Assembly (NCBI RefSeq): GCF_964213995.1
Contig: NC_135820.1
Coordinates: forward strand, 3,596,001 to 3,660,000
Source: Mustelus asterias
Lineage: Eukaryota
DNA: 64,000 nucleotides
Reading direction: 5' to 3'
The notes beneath the pieces were generated by a model. The model worked only from the letters and a program-made list of their open reading frames with translations. It was not told the origin of the DNA and did no database searches. Both the position numbers and the translations under genes were made by a program. Positions 12,172-24,576 of the stretch are shown in pieces; within the stretch, counting starts at the first letter, position 1, and every line of letters starts with the position of its first letter.

Positions 12172-15100
12172 ACTGAAACCATTTTGGATACTGTGTGGGG
12201 GGGGGGGTGTGTGTGTGGGGGGGGGGGGGGGGGGCGGATGAGCCTCCAGGGGTAAGCCACGGTGACCAGGTCACTGGCACGGAATCGGGCTCTGTGGATC
12301 AGATGAGAAAGAGGGGAACCAGGAGAGCAATAGTAGTGGGGGATGAAATGGTTCGAGGCATAGACAGGCGGTTCTGTGGGCGTGGACGAGACTCCAGGAT
12401 GGTAGTCTGCCTCACTGGTGCCGGGATCCTGGATGTCTCTGAGCAGGTAGGAAGCATCCTAAAAAAGGCGGGTAACCAGACAGACGTCATTGTCCACATT
12501 GGTGCAAATGACGTAAGCAGAAAGAGCAGGGAGGTCCTGCGAGAGCAATTCAGGGAGTTGGGTAGTAGGCTAAAAAGCAGGGCCTCTAGGATAGCGATCT
12601 CTGGACTACTCCCAGTGCCACAAGCTAGTGAGGCCAGGAACAGGGAGACTGCACAGCTGAACGCGTGGCTAAAGGACTGGTGCAGGAGGGAGGGTTTCGA
12701 ATTTGTGGATCACTGGGAAGTCTTCAAGAGAGGATGGCACCTGTACAAGAAGGACGGGTTGCACCTAAACTGGAGGGGTACGAATATCCTAGCTGGGAGT
12801 TTTGCTCGTGTAGTTCGGGTGGGTTTAAACTAATGTGGCAGGGGGGTGGGGATCAGAACAATAGGTCAATAAGCATAGAGGCTGGGGACGAGGTTGGGGC
12901 CAAGACAAGGCTAAGAGGAAGGGCGTTCTGGGGGAGGATGACCTCAGTGGGCCTGGAGGTCTGGAGTGCATCTGCTTCGATGCAAGGAGCGTCACGGGCA
13001 AGACAGACGAGCTTGGAGCCTTAATGCTTGCGCGGAACTTGGATGTGGTTGCAGTGACGGAGACTTGGTTAAAAGAAGGACAGGACTGGCAGCTGAATAT
13101 TCCGGGGTACAAGTGTTTTAGGCGAGACAGAGGAGGGTGGAGGAGAGGTGGGGGAGTAGCAATGCTGGTTAGGGAGCATATTACAGCGGTACAGAGGGTG
13201 GACAATATGGAAGGGTCAGGTAACGAGTCACTGTGGGTGGAGCTCAGAAACAGGAAGGGCGCAGTCACTATGCTGGGGGTATTCTACAGGCCTCCCAACA
13301 GCCCACAGGAAGTTGAGGAATGGATATGTAAGGAGATTCTGGACAGGTGCAGAAAAAATAGGGCTGTTGTAGTGGGAGATTTTAATTTCCCTCACATAGA
13401 CTGGAAACCGTTTCGGGCTGGGGGCCTGGACAGGGAAGAATTTATAAAATGCGTACAGGAAGGTTCTTTGAAACAATATGTTGACAGTCCAACTAGAGAG
13501 GGGGCTATACTGGACCTAGTCCTGGGGAATGAGCCCGGTCAGGTCATCAAAGTTGCAGTCGGGGAACATGTGGCAAATAGCGACAACAATTATGTCAACT
13601 TTAGGAGAGTAATGGAAAAAGATGAGTGTTGTCCTATGGGTAAGGTCCTGAGTTGGGGGAAGGCTAACTACAGCCGGAGGAGGCAGGATTTGGTGGCTGT
13701 TGATTGGGAGAGGCTGTTCGAGGGTAAATCCACATCTGGCATGTGGGAGTCTTTTAAGGAGCATTTGATAGGACTGCAGGACAGGCATGTGCCTGTAAAG
13801 AGGAAGGATGGGAAAGGTAGGATTCGAGAGCCGTGGATAACCAGTGAAATTGTGGGTCTAATTAAAAAGAAAAAAGAGGCTTTCATGAGGTCCAGGCAGC
13901 TAAAAACAGATGGAGCACTGGAGGAATACAGAGAAAGTAGAAAAGAACTCAAACAGGGACTTAGAGGGGCAATAGGGGGTCGCGAAATGTCCTTGGCAGA
14001 CAGGATTAAGGAGAATCCTCAGGCATTTTATACATACATTAGGATCAAGAGGGTTGTTAGGGAAAGAATCGGACCTCTCAGGGACAAAGGAGGGGAATTA
14101 TGCTTAGAACCAAAGGAAGTAGGTGAGATCCTAAACAAATACTTTGCATCAGTATTCACAAGGGAGAGGGACATGTTGACTGGTAGTGTCTCAGAGAGAT
14201 GTGTTGACCCATTAGAAAAAATCTCAATTACAAGGGAGGAAGTGTTAGGTTTTTGAGGAAACATTAAGACAGACAAATCTCCAGGGCCGGATGGCATCTA
14301 TCCTCGACTCCTCAGGGAGGCAAGAGATGCAATTGCTGGGCCTCTAACAGAAATCTTTGTCTCTTCACTGAACACAGGTGAAGTCCCGGACGATTGGAGG
14401 ATAGCAAATGTGGTCCCGTTATTTAAGAAGGGTAGCAAGGATAACCCGGGTAATTATAGGCCGGTGAGATAGACGTCCGTGGTAGGGAAGTTGTTGGAGA
14501 AGATTCTTAGAGATAGGATATATGCGCATTGAGAACTGAATAATCTCATTAGCGATAGACAGCATGGTTTTGTACAAGGGAGGTCATGCCTCACAAATTT
14601 GGTTGAATTTTTTGAGGAGGTGACAAAAATGATTGACGAGGGAAGGGCCGTGGATGTCGTCTATATGGATTTTAGTAAAGCATTTGACAAGGTCCCTCAT
14701 GGCAGGCTGGTGCAAAAGGTTAAATCTCTCGGGATAAAAGGTGAGCAAGCTAGATGGGTGGAGAACTGGCCTAGCCATAGAAGACAGAGGGTCGCAGTGG
14801 AGGGGTCTTTTTTCAGTTGGAGGTCTGTGACTAGTGGTGTTCCGCAGGGCTCTTTACTGGGACCACTGCTGTTTGTGATATATATAAATGATTTGGAGGA
14901 AGATGTAACTGGTGTGATCAGTAAGTTTGCGGACGACACGAAGATTGCTGGAGTTGCGGATAGTGATGAACATTGTCAGAGAATACAGCAGGATATAGAT
15001 AGGCTGGAACATTGGGCGGAGAAATGGCAGATGGAATTTAATCCAGATAAATGCGAAGTGATGCATTTCGGTAGATCTAATGTAATGGGGAGCTATACAA

Positions 15101-15826
15101 TAAATGGCAGAACCATCAGGAGTATAGACACACAGAGGGACCTGGGTGTACAAGTCCACAGATCCTTAAAGGTGGCAGCACAGGTGGAGAGGGTGGTGAA
15201 GAAGGCATATGGCATTCTTGCCTTTATTGGACGGGGCATAGAATATAAAAGTTAGCATATGATGTTGCAGCTGTATAGAACGATGGTTAGGCCACATTTG
15301 GAATACCGCATCCAGTTCTGGTCGCCACACTACCAGAAGGACGTGGAGGCTTTGGAGAGAGTACAGAGAAGGTTTACCAGGATGTTGCCTGGTATGGAGG
15401 GTCTTAGCTATGAGGAGAGATTGGGTAAACTGGGGTTGTTCTCCATGGAAAGACGGAGGATGAGGGGCGATCGAATAGAGGTGTATAAAATTATGAAGGG
15501 CAGAGAGAGGGTGAACAGTGGGAAGGTTTTCCCCAGGTCCGAGGTGACGAACACAAGGGGTCACGGGTTCAAGGTGAGGGGGGCAAGGTTCAACACAGAT
15601 GTCAGGGGGACATATTTTACACAGAGGGTGGTGGGGGCCTGGAATGCACTGCCAAACAAGGTGATTGAGGCGGACACGCTGGGATTGTTTAAGACTTATC
15701 TAGATAGCCGGATGAACAGACTGGGAATAGAGGGATACAAAAGAATGGTCTAGTGGGCACATGAACGGCGCTGGCTTGGAGGGCCGAAGGGCCTGTTCCT
15801 GTGCTGTATTGTTCTTTGTTCTTTGT
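12172..15826 (+). mobile_element. Long CR1-clade LINE: ORF1 SGNH esterase + ORF2 APE endonuclease/RT, inactivated by stops
   Basis: ORF 12195-12833 has GD(E), GxND and DGLHLN motifs; 13024-14256 has ETWL, YRPPN, GDFN and LDL (APE); 14599-15255 has PQGS and FADD; 3' tail (ttgttct)n; in-frame stops in ORF2. Confidence 0.93.
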
Positions 15827-17612
15827 TCAATAAGATCATGGCTGATCTTTTCGTGGACTCAGCTCCACTTACCCGACCGCTCACCAGAACCCTTAATTCC
15901 TTTACTTTTCAAAAATGTATCCATCCTTGCCTTAAAAACATTCAATGAGGTAGCCTCAACTGTTTCACTGGGCAGGGAATGTCACAGATTCACAACCATT
16001 TGTGTGAAGAAGTTCCTCCTCCACTCAGTCCTAAATCTGCTTCCCCTTATTTTGAGGCTATTCCCCCTAGTTCTAGTTCCACCCAACAGTGGAAACAACT
16101 TCCCTGCTTCTATCTTATCTATTCCCTTCATAATCTCATATGTTTTTATAAGATCTCCCCTCATTCTGCGGAATTCCAATGAGTATAGCTCCAGTCTACT
16201 CAGTCTCTCCTCATAAGCCAACCCTCCCAACTCCGGAATAAACCGAGTGAATCTCCTCTGCAACCCCTCTAGTGCCAGTATATCCTTTCTCAAGTAAGGA
16301 GACCAAAACTGTCCACAGTACTCCAGGTGTGGCCTCACCAGCACCTTATACAGCTGCAACATAATCTCGCTGTTTTTAAACTCCATCCCTCTCGCAATGA
16401 AGGACAAAATTCCATTTGCCTTCTTAATTACCTACTGCACCTACAAACCAACTCCTTGAGATTCCTCACAAGGACACCCAGATCCCTCTGCACAGCAGCA
16501 TGCTGCAATTTTTTACCATTTAAATAACAGTCCATTTTGCTGTTATTCCTCCCAAAATTGATGACCTCACATTTACCAACATTGTGCTCCATCTGCCAGA
16601 CGCTCGCCCACTCACTTAGACTATCTATATCCCTTTGCAGACTTTCAGCGTCCTCTGCATACTTCGCCCTTCCACCCATCTTAGTGTCATCTTCGAATTT
16701 TGACACACTACACTTGGTCCGCAACTCCAAATCATCTATGTAAATCGTAAACAATTGCGGTCCCAACACTGATCCCTGAGGCACACCACAAGTCACTGAT
16801 CACCAACCAGAAAAACACCCATTTACCCCCACTCTTTGCTTTCTGTCAGTTAACCAATCCGCTATCCATGCTAATACATTACCCGTAACACTGTGCACCT
16901 TTATCTTATGTAGCAGTCTTTGGTGTGGCACCTTGTCAAATGCCTTCTGGAAATCCAGATACACCACATCCACAGGTTCCCCATTGTCCACTGTGCATGT
17001 AATGTTCTCAAAGAATTCCAGCACATTAGTCAAACATGACCTGCCCTTCATGAACCCATGCTACGTCTTACTAATGGGACAATTTATATCCAGATGTCTC
17101 GCTATATCTTCCTTGATGATAGATTCAAGCATTTTCCCTCCTACAGAAGTCAAGCTAACTGGCCTATAGTTACCCGCCTTTTGTCTACCTCCTTTTTTAA
17201 ACAGTGGGGTCACATTTGCTGTTTTCCAATCTGCTGGAACCACCCCAGAGTCCAGCGAATTTTGGTAAATTACCACCAGCGCATTTGCTATTTCCCCCGC
17301 CATCTCTTTTAGTACCCTGGGATGCATTCCATGAAGACCAGGAGACTTGTCTACCTTTAGCCCCATTAACTTGCCCAACATTTCCTCTTTCGTGATAATG
17401 ATAGTTTCTATGTCCTCACCTGCCATAACCTTCCTGTCATAAATTTTTGGCATGTTATTTGTGTCTTCCACTGTGAAGACCGACACAAAATACCTGTTCA
17501 ATGCCTCAGCCATTTTCTCATTTCCAGTTATTACATCTCCCTTCTCGTCCTCTAAAGGACCAATGTTTACTTTCGCCACTCTTTTTCGTTTTATATATTT
17601 GTAGAAAATATA
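15827..17612 (-). mobile_element. 5'-truncated CR1 LINE (second subfamily), tail-to-tail with the previous element
   Basis: ORFs 17061-17579, 16800-17051, 16428-16796 and 15982-16407 are consecutive RT fragments. Confidence 0.9.
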
Positions 17613-17630
17613 TTTGTACAGGGGACTTAC

Positions 17631-17924
17631 AGAGGATGGACAGTTTTATTGTCAACGGAATGGTGCTCTGTGATGCTGTTTGGTAGACAACACAAGTCAC
17701 TTCTTGACCATCAGTGGATCGAGTGGGTGCCACCTTGTACAGGCTGGTGACAGTTGTTGTTCCATTGTCGCTTTTATTCTGGGTTGTTGTATAGTTTCCA
17801 TGGAGATTGGAAATCCAGCTGATCCCGGCTGGCGGGTTCCCATTGGCTGAAACACATCTTGCCACAGGCACTTCTGAAAGGCCAGCTGTTGCAGGAATCG
17901 GTGTCGCTGAGTTGATGGGATTTA
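17631..17924 (-). CDS. Gene A exon 3, second Ig (C-type) domain (VNPINSATP...CVSANGNPPAGISW...TCVV...LSIL)
   Basis: 294 nt; acceptor ctcccccaag, donor CTCT|gtaagt; CxSAxGxPxxxISW is a nectin-type second-domain motif. Confidence 0.92.
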
Positions 17925-18329
17925 CTTGGGGGAGATTAACAAGAAATAGATTCAATGTCAGTTTCAAACATGACAATATCTTGTAATTAATATAGAACAG
18001 AAACATGAAACAGATGAATATTTCTATGTCCCCAAATGTCAAATAGCCCAAAGGTATGATGGATATGTTATAGGAAGAGAGAGAAACAAAGAGGGAAAGT
18101 GAGAAAGAGGGAAGAAGACATTGTAAAACATAAGGAATGAGCAGGAATATAATAAGTAATGTGTTTGTTTTCAATTTGGAAACGTCCTTTACCCTGACTG
18201 ATTAAAATCTTTCTATCTCAGCCTTGAACACACTTAATGACCCAGTCTCTACAGCCCTCTGCGGTTTCAAAGTCAGTTTCAAACATATCAATAGTTTGTG
18301 ACTCGTCTGGAGCAGAAACATGAGTTAAT

Positions 18330-21300
18330 GTCTCTTTAGGTAAATGTGGGTATTATTCAGCACAAATTAAATGAATTAACGGCAGAAATTGAGGTTAATG
18401 GGTGTGATCTTACAGCCATTATAGAGACATGGTTACAGGGAGATAAAGCCGGGAGCTACGTGGCAGAAGTATGAAAATGTTGGAAGGATAGGCAGGAAGG
18501 AAAGAGTAATGGGGTCGCTTTGTTAGTATGAGATGGAATAAGTGCAAGAGCAAGAAAAGATCTTGGATCAGAAGGTGTAGAATCCATTTGGGTGGAGGTA
18601 TGAAATAACAAGGGGAAGAACACACCGGTGGGAGTAGTCTATAAGCCCCCTAGTGGTAGTGATACTGTCGGACAGAGAATAAATCAGGAGATAATGAGGG
18701 CACGTAAAAATGTAAAAAAAAACAGTGCATCAATCGTGGCTGACTTTAATTTTCATGTGGGTTGGAAAATTCAAATTGGCAGAGGCAGCCATGACCTACT
18801 GCACATGAGTGCAACAATCAAAGCCAATGCATTATTCTAATCCAGGTGAGAAACTACAAAGGTTTTATGAAGTCCAGGGTCTCTGCATCCACCACCAAAT
18901 GTGGGCAATGAAATCCAGAGACCTACCAGCTTCTGCATAAGGAAGTTCTTCCTCAAGTCCCCTTCTGCCACTTATCCTGAATCTATGTCTGCTGGTTCGA
19001 GGGGACAACAGTCAACAATGCTACAATGCACTAATTGCATTCAAATATATGACAGAATGAAGGGACAAAAGGGGCAGGATGGGAGAGGAAATAATACAAT
19101 AGCTATCAACAGAGAGAAAGCACGAGGGAAAATAATGGACCTCAAGGTCGATAAGTCCCCTGGACTAGATGGGCTGCACCTCAGGATATTAAAGGAAGTA
19201 GCTGCAGAGATAGTGGATCCATTGCTAGCAATCTTCCAAGAATCCTTAAAGTCTTGAAAAATCCCAGAGAATTGGAAAGCTGCCAATGTAACATCCCTAT
19301 AGAAAGGGTGGGAGACAAAACAACAGGTATCTAAAGCCTAACATCTGTCACTGGGAAAAAGTTCATTATAAAGGATGTAATAGCAAAGCATTTAAAAATA
19401 CACAATATAATCAAGCAGCCAGCATGGCTTCATGAAGGAAAAATCATGGCTGAAAAATTTCTTTGTGATGGCAATGAGAAGGATAGATATAGGGAAACCA
19501 GTTAATGTGATATATTTGGATTTCCACAAAATTTTCAATGAGGTCATAGAGTCATAGACTCAACGAGGTTTGCAGGATGGAACAGGCCCTTCGGCCAACT
19601 TGTCCATGCCGCTCCTTTTTTTAACTCCTAAGCCAGTCCCAATTGCCCATGTTTGGCCCATATCCCACGATACCCATCTTACTCATGTGACAGTCTAAAT
19701 GCTTTTTAAAAGACAAAATTGTTCCCGCCTCTGCTATTACCCCTGGCAGCTTGTTCCACACTCTCACCACCCTCTATGTGAAAAAAGTGCCCCTCTGGAC
19801 CCTTTTGTATCTCTCCCCTCTCACCTTAAACCTTTGCCCTCTAGTTTTAGACTCCCCTGCCTTTGGGAAAAGATATTGACTATCTGGCTGATCTATGCCC
19901 CTCATTATTTTATAGATCTCTAAAAGATCACCCCTCAGCCTCCGATGCTCCAGAGAAAAAAGTCCCAGCCTATCCAGCCTCTCCTTATAACTCAAACCAT
20001 CAAGTTCCAGTAGCATCCGAGTAAATCTTTTTTACACTCTTTCTCATTTAATCATATCCTTTCTATAAGAGGGTGACCAGAATTGTACACGGCATTCCAA
20101 GCGTGGCCTTACCAATGTCTTGGACAACTTCAAAGATGTCCCAACTCCTGTATTCAATGTTCTGACCAATGAAACCAAGCACGCTGAATACCTTCTTCAC
20201 GACTCTGCCCACCTGTGACTCCACTTTCAAGGAAATATAAACCTGTATCCCTGGATCTCTTTGTTCTATAACTCTCCCGAACGCCGTACCATTAACTGAG
20301 TAAGTCCTGCCCTGCTTCAATCTACCAGAATGCATCACCTCACATTTATCTAAATTAAACTCCATCTGCCATTCGTCAGCCAACTGGCCCAATTGGTCAA
20401 GATCCGTTGCAATCCTGGATAACATTCTTCACTGTCCACTATGCCACCAATCTTGGTGTCATCTGCAAACTTACTAGATATGCCTCCTAAGTTTCCATCC
20501 AAAGCATGAGTATAAGTGGCAAATAGCAGTGGACCCATCACCGATTCCTGAGGCACACCGCTGGTCATAGGCCTCCAGTTCGCAAAATAACCCTCTACAA
20601 CCACATTCTGGCATCTGTCATCAAACCAATTTTGTATTTTGGCTACATCACCCTGGATCCCATGAGATTTAAACTCATGCAATAACCTACTGTGTGGTAC
20701 CCTGTCAAAGGTCTTGCTAAAGTCCATGTAGACAACATCAACTGCACTGCTCTCATCTACCTTCTTGGTTTCCCCTTCAAAAGACTCAATCAAATTTATA
20801 CTGGAGGAAGTGGAGAGATTGAGTAGATTCGGCCTTTACTCATTAGAGTTTAGAAGAATGAGAAGCGACCTTATTGAGACATGTTGGAATCTCAGGGGGC
20901 TGGACAGGGTAGATGCTGAGAAGTTGTTTCCTCTTGTGGACTGTCTCGGACCAAATGGCAAAATCTCAGTGTAAGGGGCGGCACGGTGGCACAGTGGTTA
21001 GCACTGCTGCCTCACAGCTCCAGGGACATGGGTTCAAATCCCGGCTTGGTTAACCAACTGCGTGGAGTTTGCACGTTCTCCCCTTCTATGTATGGGTTTC
21101 CACTGGGCGTTCTGGTTTCCTCCACAGTCCAAAGATGAGCGCGTTAGGTTGATTGGCCATGATAAATTGTCCCTTCGCGTCCTGGGGTATGTATGTTAGA
21201 GGGATTAGTGGGGTAAATATGTGGGGTTTCGGGATAGGGCCTGGGTGGGATTGTTGTCAGTGCAGACTCGATGGGCCGAATGGCCTCCTTCTGCACTGTA

Positions 21301-21610
21301 GGGATTCTATGATGCAATGATTCTAAGGGGGTCACCCATTGAAGACAGAGGTGAGGAGGAAATTCTTCTTGCAGAGTGGGGTGAATCTGTGGAATTCTTT
21401 ACTGCAGAGGGCTGCAGAGGCTGGGTCATTAATGCTCAAGGCTGAGACAGACAGATATTTAATCACTCAGGGAATCAAGGGTTATGGGGATAAGGTGGGA
21501 AAATAGAATTGAGGATTATTACATCAGGTCAGTCATGATATCATTGAATGGCAGAGAAGACTCGATGGGTCAAATGGCCTACTCCTGCTCCTACATCTTA
21601 TGGTCTTATG
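18330..21610. mobile_element. Nested CR1 cluster (+ strand degenerate pieces, - strand copy 19545-20795, HE1 SINE 20977-21322)
   Basis: RT/APE fragments in ORFs 18628-18840, 18901-19257, 19774-20016, 20063-20425 and 20350-20793. Confidence 0.8.
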
Positions 21611-22074
21611 AACCAGATGAATATTTCTATGTGCCCATCGACTGGATGATGGATGATATTATAGAAAGAGAGAAAACTGAAGTCTGTTAGCGAGGAACTC
21701 TTTGCCTCAGAAGGCTGTGGAGGCCAGGTCATTGAGTGTCTTTAAGACAGAGATAGATAGGTTCTTGATTAATAAGGGGATCAGGGGTTATGGGGAAAAA
21801 GCAGAAGAATTCGGATGAGAAAAATCTCAGCCATGATTGAATGGCGGAGCAGACTCGATGGGCCGAGTGGCTTAATTCTGCTCCGATGCCTTATGGTCCG
21901 ATGGTCTTATGAACGAGGGAAAAAGACATTGTGAGAAAGGATGGAATGAGCAGGAAGACAATAAGTAAGGTGGTTGTTTTCCATTCAGTTATTGATCTCA
22001 GTTAGAGTCCTGTGTTAATGCATCGCAAATGGTGCAAGAAGATGGGCCTTGATCCGATGGGCCTGGGAATGACT

Positions 22075-22392
22075 AGTGGTGAGTATATGAGGAGGGGGTG
22101 TGGGAGTAAGGGGGCTGGGGGTGAGGAGATGGGAGTGGGTGAGGAGGGAGGCACGTGGGTGTGGGGGGTGTGGTGGTGAGGAGGGGTGGTGATAGTGGGG
22201 GATACATTGGCGGATGGTTGGGCAGATGAGGGTGGGAGGGTGGTGGAGATGATGATGTGTGGGGGTGAGGATGAGGGGTGGTGGTAAGGAGGGGGTGTGG
22301 GAGTGATTGGGCTGGGGGTGAGGAGATGGGCATGGGCGAGGAGAGAGAGTGGTAGGGTTGGGGCAGCAGTTGCGAGATCGGGGTGAGGGTGC
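22075..22392. repeat. G-rich low-complexity tract
   Basis: (ggggtgaggag/gggt)n-like sequence. Confidence 0.8.
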
Positions 22393-22394
22393 AT

Positions 22395-23140
22395 TGATTT
22401 TGATTTGATTTATTATTGTCACATGTATTCGTACACAGTGAAAAATATTGTTTCTTGTGCGCTATACAGACAAAGCATACCGTTCATAGAGAGGGAAAGG
22501 AGAGGGTGCAGAATGTAGTGTTACAGTCATATCTAGGATGTTCAAAAATCTGATGGCAGCAGGGAAGAAGCTGTTCTTGAGTCAGTTGGTATGTGACCTC
22601 AGACAGTGGGAAGCACTGCTTCTTCACAGCGCCAGGGACCAGGGTTCGATTCCCGGCTTGGGTCACTGTCTGTGTGGAGTTTGCATGTTCTCCCCGTGTC
22701 TGCATGGGTTTCCTGCGGGTGCTCCTGTTTCCTCCCACAGTACAAAGATGTGCTGGTTAGATGGATTGGTCATGCTAAATTGTCCCTTAGTGTCAGGGGA
22801 TTAGCTCGGGTTAATGTATGGAGTTATGTGGAAAGGGCCTGGATGGGATTGTGGTCGGTGCAGACTCGATGGGCCAAATGGCCTCCTTCTGCACTGTAGT
22901 GATTCTATGATTTTCCATCCTTTTCCCGATGGAAGAAGGTGGATGAGCGTATGTCCGGGGTACGAGGGGTCTTTGGTTATGCTGGCTACTTTTCCGAGGC
23001 CACGGGAAGTGTAGGCAGAGTCAATGGATGGGAGGCTGGTTTGCGTGATGGACTGGGACTTGTTCACGACCCTTTTTGTTGCGGTCTTGGGCAGAGCAGG
23101 AACCATACAAGTTGTGCTACATCTGGAAAGAATGCTTCCT
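22395..23140 (-). mobile_element. Rex1/Babar-like LINE 3' end interrupted by an HE1 SINE (22605-22910)
   Basis: Same family as 8870-9425; (tgatt)n tail. Confidence 0.75.
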
Positions 23141-24343
23141 ATGGAGGAGTGGGAGGTGTGCTTCAGGAACGAGGGAAATGTTCAGAGCAGAGTGGTTTCT
23201 CGAGGTGGATTAGAAATGTAGCAAGGTGTGTGAAAAACTGGGCTGGCTGGGTTTCTGAAACCATCGATAGATGTTAGGAGGAAGCTGTGCAATGGTATCA
23301 AACAACTGGTGATATTTCAGAGTCCAGACAGAGACATCTCTATGGTGGAAACTTAATCTAGTTTGCAGCAATGGGATCTTTAGCCTGGGCCTGTGTCACT
23401 GGGAGGTGTGATCTGGGTCCTAACCTATGGCTGAAATAAAAGCTTTGGTGTCATGCTGTGGGGAAGGGGCAGGTGACATGGGTGACACAGTGGCACAGTG
23501 GTTAACACTGCTGCCTCACAGCGCCAGGGTCCCGGGTTCGATTCCTGGCTTGGGTCACTGTCTGTGCAGAGTCTGCACATTCTCCTCGTGTCTGCGCGCG
23601 CTTCCTCTGGGTGCTCCGTTTTCCTCCCACAGTCCAAAGATGTGCAGGTTCGATGGATTGACCATGCTAAATTGCCCCTTAGTGTCCCGAGATGTGTATG
23701 TCAGAGGGATCAGCGGGGTAAATGTGTGGGGTTGTGGGGTTAGGGCCTGGGGTGGGATTGTTGTCGGTGCAGACTCGATGGGGCGACTGTCCTCCTTCTG
23801 CACATAAAGATTCTATCACTCTTCAGACCAGGACACTATGATGATCTACAGGCTAAAGGACAACTCAGAGCAATGAATCTGTGGCAAGGCGGGACTATGG
23901 AAGCGAATGAATTGGGGACAGATTGAGAGCGAGTGTCACAGAGCTGTGTTAATTTGAAGAAAACAGGGGAGGACCTTTGTCTCTGACAGAGGAAGTGAAG
24001 TGATTTGGAAAGTAACATGGGCTAAGTGTAGAGGTGCCTCCCAAAATTCTCCAGTTCTGGGGATTTCCCTCACCTCACGTTCCCGTCAGTTAGAGATTGC
24101 CAGAGATTGATTGCTCAGAGCAGTCCACCACTGGGTTCCTGTTACAGGATGTCACTGCCAGTAACTGGAGAAACCAAACATGACGCACATCAATCCATTT
24201 TAAAACAACCCTCCCAACTTCCATTCCCAACTGCTCAGCAAGCACTCACCATTAATAACTCGATGAGAACACCATGAGCTGGAATGTGACTGGATTCAAA
24301 CATTAGAATGATGCAGCAATATTCTGGTGATGATTGCAGAGAT

Positions 24344-24475
24344 AATTGCCGGAATTGTACCGCCTCGCCCACCCGATTCTGGGGCAGGCGAGGCTGGCAG
24401 GACGGCATTCCCTGTTGGCCTTGGGTGGGATCTTACAAACCTCAGGCGGGCGAGGTTGTAAAATACCGACCATTA
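24344..24475. mobile_element. MITE-like element with terminal inverted repeats (related copies at about 137-260, 345-470, 53448-53572)
   Basis: Left end taattgccggaattgtaccgcctcgccc versus reverse complement of right end taatggtcggtattttacaacctcgccc; absent from the paralogous gene B intron. Confidence 0.65.
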
Positions 24476-24576
24476 AGTTTTCACCAGGACGCACAATCCA
24501 ATACATTGTCCCCATTCCCCCCTTTCTTATTACACTTACCCTCACACAGCAACAACACTCCTGGGAAAATACATAC

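Noticed and set aside
13024-15753. Active autonomous LINE
   Set aside because: ORF2 is broken by several stop codons and the 5' end is truncated
17925-18174. Hydrophobic N-terminal extension of ORF 17518-18174 (and 49173-49299) as signal or TM segments
   Set aside because: Pyrimidine-rich intron upstream of a clear acceptor; the paralogous stretch is not in one continuous frame in gene B
22002-22422. Pro/His-rich ORFs
   Set aside because: Low-complexity G-rich tract open in all three minus frames
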